Source of the DNA: Bacillus sp. ISL-51
GTDB taxonomy: Bacteria > Bacillota > Bacilli > Bacillales > Bacillaceae
Direction of reading: 5' to 3'
NCBI RefSeq assembly: GCF_018613535.1
Contig: NZ_JAGGQB010000009.1
Span: 1 to 24,000 of the forward strand
Length of the DNA stretch: 24,000 bases
Shown: in pieces, positions 9,172-18,260 of the stretch
Numbering within the stretch: position 1 is the stretch's first letter
Layout of the letters: the number at the start of each line of letters is the position of its first letter
Program-made: the position numbers and the translations under genes
The notes under the pieces: generated by a model
Told to the model about the DNA's origin: nothing
The model's input: only the letters and a program-made list of their open reading frames with translations
The model's database searches: none

Positions 9172-9199
9172 AAGAAAAGCCGCCCGTTTAACAGGCGGC
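9172..9199 (-). terminator. Terminator-like hairpin between bglH and yxiE
   Basis: Stem GCCGCCCG / CAGGCGGC with one mismatch and a 5-nt loop. On the minus strand it is followed by TTTTCTT. Confidence 0.55.
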
Positions 9200-9209
9200 C
9201 TGTTTCTGT

Positions 9210-10613
<1,404 letters not shown>

Positions 10614-10624
10614 TCACCTCTTCT

Positions 10625-12537
<1,913 letters not shown>

Positions 12538-12571
12538 ATGAAAATACGCATCACCTCCAACAAAAGGGTAT

Positions 12572-12634
12572 AAAAAAAACCTAAACTGCGCAGATCACGG
12601 GGGTGCTCCCCTATCTGAACAATTTAGGTTTTGC
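12572..12634 (-). terminator. LicT-controlled leader terminator of bglPH
   Basis: On the minus strand, AAACCTAAA...(inner CAGAT/ATCTG and GGGG/CCCC pairs)...TTTAGGTTT is followed by TTTTTTTT. Its 5' arm overlaps the RAT element. Confidence 0.8.
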
Positions 12635-12655
12635 CTGCTGTTGCAGTAACAATCC
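12627..12655 (-). promoter_or_regulatory. RAT (ribonucleic antiterminator) element bound by LicT/BglG-family antiterminators
   Basis: The minus strand reads GGATTGTTACTGCAACAGCAGGCAAAACC. This matches the conserved RAT pattern GGATTGTTACTG...GCAGGCAAAACC and overlaps the terminator stem. Confidence 0.85.
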
Positions 12656-12685
12656 TATAGTTGATTGTTATTGGTTTGTAGGTAT

Positions 12686-12714
12686 ACTTTAGCACTGGGT
12701 TTTTAGAATGTCAA
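12686..12714 (-). promoter_or_regulatory. bglPH sigA promoter (TTGACA - 17 nt - TAAAGT)
   Basis: On the minus strand, TTGACA lies at 12714-12709 and TAAAGT at 12691-12686, with a 17-nt spacer. The site is just upstream of the RAT. Confidence 0.6.
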
Positions 12715-12722
12715 CGCTTTCA
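12709..12722 (-). promoter_or_regulatory. Catabolite-responsive element (cre) overlapping the bglPH -35 box
   Basis: The minus strand reads TGAAAGCGTTGACA, a full match to the cre consensus TGWAANCGNTNWCA. Confidence 0.75.
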
Positions 12723-12803
12723 TTTTGAAAATTGTTGTGTTTTTGTGATTCATATACGTATGAGAATGTTTTTTTACATATACGCCATATATCACAATAA
12801 CTT

Positions 12804-12841
12804 AAAAAAGAGAACACTTGATTAGTATTTAACTAATCAAG
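12804..12841 (-). terminator. Terminator-like hairpin ending the toxin-remnant/immunity transcription unit
   Basis: A perfect 10-bp stem CTTGATTAGT / ACTAATCAAG with a 5-nt loop. On the minus strand it is followed by TGTTCTCTTTTTT, so the U-tract is offset by 7 nt. Confidence 0.5.
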
Positions 12842-13064
12842 CCTCTAACGGTAAATCTACTCTTTTAATAGATAGTTTTTCTCTTTATAAAAAATCATTA
12901 AACACGTTAACTAATTTTTTGTTCTCTTCTTTAACCTTCTTATAGGCTTTGAAATGCCTTGTTTCATCCTGATAAAACGTTTGATTCTTACCTTGTATCT
13001 AATTTAACACTTTACAACTTCCAATTATGATAGAACTATTTCATTTTCACCTGAATTGGCAAAC

Positions 13065-13382
13065 TCACAACAAAATTATACCCAATTGATCTGCGAATTT
13101 TACCTTTATTTTTTCTTCATCCTTGATATAAATGATCATATTATTGTTTACCTTCTTTAATTGTGTAACATTTTTCAACTTTGAATTAAAAACGATTCGT
13201 TCATCATAAGTTAGGCTTAAATCGCATTCCATTTTATATACATCAACTAATAAGATCAATTTAAAACCTTTAGTATCTTTAATAGAATATATTAATTCTC
13301 CAGCATCTGGATTATCTGCTATGCTTACTGGATCACTCAAAAACAGCTCTAATAACTCAAGCTCATCATATTTTATAAACAA
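13065..13382 (-). CDS. Small acidic cytoplasmic protein, putative immunity protein for the adjacent (decayed) toxin domain
   Basis: 105-aa intact ORF. A TTG start is preceded by RBS GAAGGTGA at proper spacing, and the gene begins 26 nt after the toxin-fragment stop at 13408. It has no signal peptide or TM segment and is AT-rich like the toxin C-terminal module. The function is inferred from position only. Confidence 0.55.
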   Translation of the reverse strand: MFIKYDELELLELFLSDPVSIADNPDAGELIYSIKDTKGFKLILLVDVYKMECDLSLTYDERIVFNSKLKNVTQLKKVNNNMIIYIKDEEKIKVKFADQLGIILL

Positions 13383-13407
13383 ATTAGGTCACCTTCTAAA
13401 TATATTC

Positions 13408-14423
13408 TTATTTTGGAATTACAGTTATAACATCGCCAGAAGCATTCAGCACTACTTGAACATCCTTTGTTGAATGAACGAACGTTCCAGGCTTATTTCC
13501 TGGTATTGCTTTATTATTTTTTATAGCGTCCTCTATCACTGAAGGCGGAATATTCCTGGGATCAATATATTTATTGATAAAATTTTATATTCTATTGTCT
13601 GTGGTCTAAACCCAATTTCTTTTGCCTTTTTTGTTGCCCTGCTAAATAACTCTGCCCTCACTTCAGGCCTGTTCGGCGCCATTCTCTCCAGAGCATGTTG
13701 GGAGTAACGTCTATTATTTACAACTCCTCCGTTTTTCCCTAAATCCAACCGTTCTCTCCAAATTGAGAAATTCCATCATTTTTCTTAAATATCTTTTTAG
13801 CTTCCCCTGTAACACCCTTCTCCGCCAGCCGCTTCACCGTATGCTTTGCCAAATTTCTCACAAGTCCGGCCGGATAAATCCACTCCAATACCTCATAAGG
13901 TGTCCCGGCAAAATAGGTATCAAGCTCCTTCGCTCCGCCGATCTTGTTATCTGGAATCCGTGAGACGATTTCGAGTTTCTTTTTGCCGCCTGTGCGGAAT
14001 TCTCTTACGATTTGGCCGTTTTCATAGACATGGTATTTGCCGCCGATGTAGTCGATACTGGCGGTGTCACTTGTGGTTTCGTCGATGACTTCAATGGTAT
14101 CAATGGCTCTTAAGCCTTTATGATTATATAGTTTATCATGGATGATGCGGATGTCTCCATCAACCCTCGGATGAGCGGCGGCTTCTTTTTGGAGGACGGT
14201 CAGGGTGCTTCCGCTGGCAGCCAATATCTTGTTCAATCTGATCGTTTTGAGCGTTTTTCTTCAACTCCCCGCCAGTCTGATGATGATGTTTGTTCAGCTT
14301 TTCAAGCATCACTGTCATCGGAGACTGTTCCGAAGAAGGGAGCTGCGTTTTCAGCATGCTGAATGTATCGTTCAGTTTTTCTTCCTCAAGCGATTCAATA
14401 ACTGTATCTCTTCTATTCCAGTA
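13408..14423 (-). pseudogene. 5'-truncated, multiply frameshifted remnant of an LXG-type polymorphic toxin gene (yxiD-like position)
   Basis: Four consecutive reading-frame segments sit on the minus strand: 14423->~14230, 14236->13739, 13748->13536 and ~13570->13408. Read together they give one continuous protein-like sequence: ...SPMTVMLEKLNK...LAASGSTLTVLQKEAAAHP...IDYIGGKYHVYENGQIVREFRTGGKK...FGENG/DLGKNGGVVNNRRYSQHALERMAP...TIEYK/NFINKYIDPRNIPPSVIEDAIKNN...VVLNASGDVITVIPK*. The first segment opens directly after an in-frame TAA (14426-14424) and has no start codon, RBS or N-terminal LXG domain. One shift maps to the A4T4 run at 13579-13586. Confidence 0.7.
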
Positions 14424-14695
14424 TTACATTATTACCTTTTGGTAAAAGCAGTGATAAAGTGGAAGCATTGATATAAAAAAAAAAGAGAATATGATGATTA
14501 ACCACAAAGGCTTCCAAGAGGAAATTAACAACAGCAAAAACCTTATCCATCACAACATCACATTCAGCCTGTCACTCCAAAAGAATATACTGAAGTTTTG
14601 AAATGGATATTCCTGTTTCAGATAATTTGGCTTAAACTGCTTGGAAATCATCAGACTCATGAAATGATTTAAATTATATTATGGCTTTTTATAAT

Positions 14696-15124
14696 CTAGT
14701 TTTTATATTTCCTTTTCACATGTAAAATCCATTCTTCCAGCACTATCATCGTTTCGTTAAAGTTTTTAGGATTTAACTCATGTTCCCAAATACGATATAT
14801 ATTCCACCCTATTTTATTATAGTATTCATTAACTTCAGCATCTCTTTTTATGTTTTTATTGATTTTATTAGCCCAAAAATCCACATTTGATTTTGGAGTC
14901 CTTCCATGCAAAGAACACCCGTGCCAAAAACAAGAATCTATAAAAATTACGATTTTATACTTTTTTATAGAGATATCCGGCTTTCCTTTTAAATCTTTCA
15001 CATTTTTTCTAAACCTTATCCCTTTCTTCCAAATTTCTTTACATACTCTCTGTTCAATCTTTGTATTTTTTGATTTTACAGCTCTCATAACATTGCTTCT
15101 TTTTTCTTTTGTTATATTATCCAT
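14696..15124 (-). CDS. vsr: Very-short-patch repair endonuclease (Vsr)
   Basis: 142-aa ORF with RBS AAGGAGGGAG. Vsr hallmarks are present: RSNVMRAVKSKNTKIE, GKPDI, IFIDSCFWHGC (Zn/catalytic region), PKSNVDFWANKINKNIKRD, GWNIYRIWEHEL. Confidence 0.9.
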   Translation of the reverse strand: MDNITKEKRSNVMRAVKSKNTKIEQRVCKEIWKKGIRFRKNVKDLKGKPDISIKKYKIVIFIDSCFWHGCSLHGRTPKSNVDFWANKINKNIKRDAEVNEYYNKIGWNIYRIWEHELNPKNFNETMIVLEEWILHVKRKYKN

Positions 15125-15163
15125 CTCTCTCCCTCCTTCTTAAGAATATTATTACCTTTTATG

Positions 15164-15199
15164 AAAAACAAAAAACCACCTATTTATTAATAGGTGGTT
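15164..15199 (-). terminator. Intrinsic terminator between the methyltransferase and vsr genes; the methyltransferase stop codon sits in the loop
   Basis: A perfect 10-bp stem AACCACCTAT / ATAGGTGGTT with a 6-nt loop containing TAA (15189-15187). On the minus strand it is followed by TTTTGTTTTT. Confidence 0.7.
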
Positions 15200-16314
15200 A
15201 CTCTAGATCTCGATATACTTCCGATATATTCTTCTTCCATTAAAGTATAGTAAGCTGCTCTGGCGATATGCCACCCCATAACTGGAGGTACCGCATTTCC
15301 AATCATTTTATATGCGCTTGAAGCAGATACTATAAAATTAAAATCATCAGGAAAAGATTGAAGCCTTGCGCATTCTCGTATAGACAATCTTCTCCATCCC
15401 TCCATATCATTCTCATCTTCTATATTATGTGTTCTATAGTGAGCTTCTATGTTGCCATGATGCTCTGCTCTTATCGTTCCAGCAGGTTTATCAGCAGCAA
15501 TCCTGTTATTTCCCTGCATCTTTTTCCCAGGATAAAATTTTGCCTTCGAATAATCCTTAGATGTATGATTTAGAATATAGGGATCATCTATTTTACTCCA
15601 TAAGTCATCTATTGCTTCCTTGGCGGTTACCCACGCTCTTCTCAATAATCCCTCTTCACTATGCGATGGTTCTGGATAAAATATATTCGAGGAAATATCC
15701 TTTCTGACCCCAAAAATAATAACCCTTTTCCTTGTTTGTGGGACACCATAATCAGCCGCATTTAACACCTTATATTGGACATTGTAACCTGCTTTTTCGA
15801 AGTCTTGTAAAATAGTATCTAAAGCAGTGGAGTCAACATTAGCATGAGCTTTATTTGTTCGAATGCCATCTACGTTTTCCGCTACAAACATTTTAGCGTC
15901 ACAATGCTTTATCACTCTAATCATGTGCTCATAAAGTCTTCCACGCTCACTGGTTAACCCCTTTCTTTTCCCCGCAAGGCTAAAGTCTTGACACGGGAAA
16001 CCGCCAATAACTACATCTGCTTTAGGAATTATATTTAAATCAATATCTGCAATGCTTTCTTCTATACCTATATGTCCGAAATTATGTTCATAAACTTTCA
16101 TAGCAGCGGAAAAGATATCATTAGAAAAAACAATTTCAAAGGGGTTTTCCTCATATTTCTCTCCCATGAAATGAAATCCACCTGTAAAGCCGAGATCCAT
16201 TCCTCCACACCCACTGAAGAGTGACACAACTTTAATCTTTCCTTTATCTCTTAATGTAAGTGCTTTAGTATTCACTTCAAGAGGGCTTTTTTTATAAAAA
16301 GTATTTGCTGACAT
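15187..16314 (-). CDS. DNA (cytosine-5)-methyltransferase, Type II R-M modification subunit
   Basis: All canonical C5-MTase motifs are visible: I LFSGCGGMDLGF, IV GGFPCQDFS, VI ENV, VIII QTRKR, IX RRLSIRECARLQSFPDDF, X GNAVPP. The start is placed at the second ATG (MSANTFYKK...) because GGAGGTG lies 6 nt upstream of it. The ORF-track start at 16329 lies inside that RBS. Confidence 0.95.
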   Translation of the reverse strand: MSANTFYKKSPLEVNTKALTLRDKGKIKVVSLFSGCGGMDLGFTGGFHFMGEKYEENPFEIVFSNDIFSAAMKVYEHNFGHIGIEESIADIDLNIIPKADVVIGGFPCQDFSLAGKRKGLTSERGRLYEHMIRVIKHCDAKMFVAENVDGIRTNKAHANVDSTALDTILQDFEKAGYNVQYKVLNAADYGVPQTRKRVIIFGVRKDISSNIFYPEPSHSEEGLLRRAWVTAKEAIDDLWSKIDDPYILNHTSKDYSKAKFYPGKKMQGNNRIAADKPAGTIRAEHHGNIEAHYRTHNIEDENDMEGWRRLSIRECARLQSFPDDFNFIVSASSAYKMIGNAVPPVMGWHIARAAYYTLMEEEYIGSISRSRVTTY

Positions 16315-16394
16315 ATAAGCCACCTCCATTTATTAATATAGTATAATTAGTCTTGAAAAGCCACCAGTTTTATTTTCAAGGGGGATTAAACGTG

Positions 16395-17498
16395 ATGGAA
16401 CGGCTATTAACACTATTAAAAGCCAGAATTGAAACCGATAATTGCATATTCAAAGATGTAAATTCAGGAGAAACTTTTGAAAATTACGTATTTAAACTGA
16501 TTAAAGAATTACCAGCAGAACTAAAAATTAAAAGTATAAAGCATAACGGAGTTCATTCTTTTCCCGATTTTAGAATTGAATTTGACGACGGCACCTTATT
16601 CGGCTTAGAAATTAAATTTTCCAGTTCAGGTAATTGGTACTCAAAAGGAAACAGCGTATTTGAAACTCATTCAAACAAGGAGGAAGAGGATAATTTATCG
16701 TATAAAGAAATATATATCCTATTCGGCAGAAAACCTAAGGCTAAAGAATGTATTTCTAATTGTGAGGTGAAATTCTCAACTTATAGCGCTAGTATTAAAA
16801 AAATAGAGGTCACTCATTCACCTAGGTTTGCAATCAATATGAATGAATCACATACCGACCTTTTTACAGCCCTTAATTCTGCAGATACATATTTAAAATT
16901 CAGAGTTAAAAGCGTCTCAGAAAAAAATGAATTTATAAAAGATTATTTCAATAAATTCACCAAAGATGATCCTCAGGATAAATGGTATATAACCAAAGGA
17001 GAAGAAATACAATTAAAACCTGTTAACTTTAAAAAATTAAATAGGCTAGAAAAATCTAAAATTTTAGCTGAATCCTTTATACTGTACCCTCATGACTTAT
17101 TCCAGAGGATTGCTGATTATTCTGAAGTCGGAGCGAATATGATCACAAGACATTTTGTATATAGCACCTCCTTAAGGGATAGTTTTTCAGCTGGAGGAAA
17201 AATAAAAATTTTACCTAATGACCCAATTGAATATCCCAAAATACTAAATACTTTTATTAAACATCAAAATCTCATAAAACAGATATTGAATAACCCAGAA
17301 GAAGATTTAGAGGAACTTTGCTTCAATACATGGAAATCAGCATTTAGAGAATCAATTGATATAAAAATTGATAAAACAACAAGCTTAGAGGAAAATTTTA
17401 AAAATATTATCTTAAACTTAAAGCCGACTATGGAGATAAAAGAACAAAATAAAAAAATAAAAAAAGTCATCGATCTCTCCTTGTTTCTGACTTTTTGA
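16395..17498 (+). CDS. Putative Type II restriction endonuclease (PD-(D/E)XK fold). The family is not recognised and the specificity is unknown.
   Basis: It is divergent from and 80 bp away from the methyltransferase. RBS AAGGGGGA lies 9 nt upstream of the ATG at 16395 (the ORF-track start at 16353 has no RBS). An N-terminal nuclease-like motif reads SFPDFRIEFDDGTLFGLEIKF, i.e. P-D x13 E-x-K (codons at 16563-16616), with upstream acidic residues (GETFENY). The remaining ~290 aa are Lys/Glu/Asn/Ile-rich with no motif I recognise. Confidence 0.55.
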   Translation: MERLLTLLKARIETDNCIFKDVNSGETFENYVFKLIKELPAELKIKSIKHNGVHSFPDFRIEFDDGTLFGLEIKFSSSGNWYSKGNSVFETHSNKEEEDNLSYKEIYILFGRKPKAKECISNCEVKFSTYSASIKKIEVTHSPRFAINMNESHTDLFTALNSADTYLKFRVKSVSEKNEFIKDYFNKFTKDDPQDKWYITKGEEIQLKPVNFKKLNRLEKSKILAESFILYPHDLFQRIADYSEVGANMITRHFVYSTSLRDSFSAGGKIKILPNDPIEYPKILNTFIKHQNLIKQILNNPEEDLEELCFNTWKSAFRESIDIKIDKTTSLEENFKNIILNLKPTMEIKEQNKKIKKVIDLSLFLTF

Positions 17499-17532
17499 TC
17501 TCAAAACAGAGAAGTGTAGATAAACTAACAAC

Positions 17533-17561
17533 ATTATAGAACAAATGTTCTTATTTTTCAA
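17533..17561 (-). promoter_or_regulatory. Consensus-like sigA promoter on the minus strand (TTGAAA - 17 nt - TATAAT) with a GAAC-N4-GTTC palindrome in the spacer
   Basis: On the minus strand, TTGAAA lies at 17561-17556 and TATAAT at 17538-17533. The spacer contains AGAACATTTGTTCT (17552-17539), a perfect 6+6 inverted repeat that matches the core of the Bacillus LexA (Cheo) box. The promoter points into the 3' end of the putative restriction gene. Confidence 0.4.
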
Positions 17562-17583
17562 TATGTGTAATGAACTTATAACT

Positions 17584-17620
17584 AAAGAGAGTTACCGAGA
17601 AAAGAAGGTAACTCTCTTTT
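17584..17620 (+). terminator. Intrinsic terminator of the putative restriction endonuclease gene
   Basis: A perfect 13-bp stem AAAGAGAGTTACC / GGTAACTCTCTTT with a 10-nt loop; the run of T's ends at 17620. Confidence 0.75.
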
Positions 17621-18224
17621 AAACTTTAAAAATAAACTTTTTTATTCAATTTTAAAGACACGCATTCAATTAAATCGGACAGTCTCACCTAATGTTTCTA
17701 AATTTAACAGCGTCAGGCTCTTCTTCCTCCTCATGCCCGAACTTCTTTATTTCAATCAAACCATTAATTTATGGAGCAATTTGTTTTTGTTTCGGACTGA
17801 CCAATGACATGTAAAAAGGAACACGGCAAAAAAAACACAGATAAAGATTTAGGGAATTTTAAGGGCGTTCTCTCATGTCCTCCATCCTTCTTGTTATTTT
17901 ATAAGTCTTTACCTTGCAAAATTAGTTGAAAACTGTCAGCTTCTCCGTTTTCAGGGGATACCTGATTTATTTAGAATTGAGTTTTTTATTTTATCTCGTT
18001 TTTTTTTGATCTTCAGAGTGATGGTATGCCACACCATCCACCGCAATCACTCCGAGTGGCTCATTCCCATTTATTAGTGAAATAGAAAATCACCCCTACT
18101 ACTTCTATCATTTAATATTATATGAACAGTTATTTCACCGTTTTGACTTTTAAATCCTATTTTTTAATTTGCTCAGACGCAAAATTAACGCATTGTTTTC
18201 AAAAAGGCGTGATAAATCTAAATA

Positions 18225-18247
18225 AACCCTCCTGTAAATAGAGGGTT
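18225..18247 (-). terminator. Terminator-like hairpin downstream of abn2
   Basis: Stem AACCCTC / GAGGGTT with a 9-nt loop, 14 nt after the abn2 stop. T-rich sequence follows on the minus strand. Confidence 0.55.
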
Positions 18248-18260
18248 CTAAATATACAAG

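Noticed and set aside
12842-13064. ~220-nt gap between the immunity gene stop and its terminator. It contains a 37-codon open stretch (IQGKNQTFYQDETRHFKAYKKVKEENKKLVNVFNDFL*) and an 18-codon ATG ORF.
   Set aside because: The longer frame has no start codon or RBS, and the ATG ORF has no convincing RBS. It is possibly a remnant of a further small gene (the yxxE position), but I cannot support a call from sequence alone.
13476-13487. Second GAAC-N4-GTTC (GAACGAACGTTC), a possible LexA box
   Set aside because: It lies inside the toxin-remnant coding sequence (codons for GTFVHS) with no promoter context. One or so chance hits of this 8-specified-base palindrome are expected in 24 kb. It is kept as a calibration that the motif alone is weak evidence for the site at 17539-17550.
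14491-14601. 36-codon plus-strand ORF (MMINHKGFQEEINNSKNLIHHNITFSLSLQKNILKF) in the gap between the toxin remnant and vsr
   Set aside because: It has only a weak purine stretch (AAGAGA) as RBS, no recognisable motif, and is too short to assess. It is treated as non-coding junction sequence.
14428-15160. Exact 13-nt direct repeat ATTATTACCTTTT (14428-14440 and 15148-15160) flanking vsr, a possible insertion footprint
   Set aside because: Within several kb of AT-rich sequence, an A/T-dominated 13-mer match is expected by chance at roughly order one. The match does not extend on either side, and nothing else marks vsr as a separate insertion.
16329-16353. ORF-track start codons for the methylase (16329), the nuclease (16353) and hutH (20424)
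   Set aside because: These are the longest-ORF starts. Each lacks an RBS, or lies inside the RBS or terminator of the real signal, while downstream in-frame ATGs at 16314, 16395 and 20466 have proper Shine-Dalgarno sequences. The coordinates were adjusted accordingly.
12800-18250. Looked for integrase, transposase, recombinase, inverted terminal repeats or a tRNA target that would define a mobile element around the AT-rich region
   Set aside because: None was found in any frame, so the region is reported as a mobility-gene-free island rather than as a mobile_element feature.
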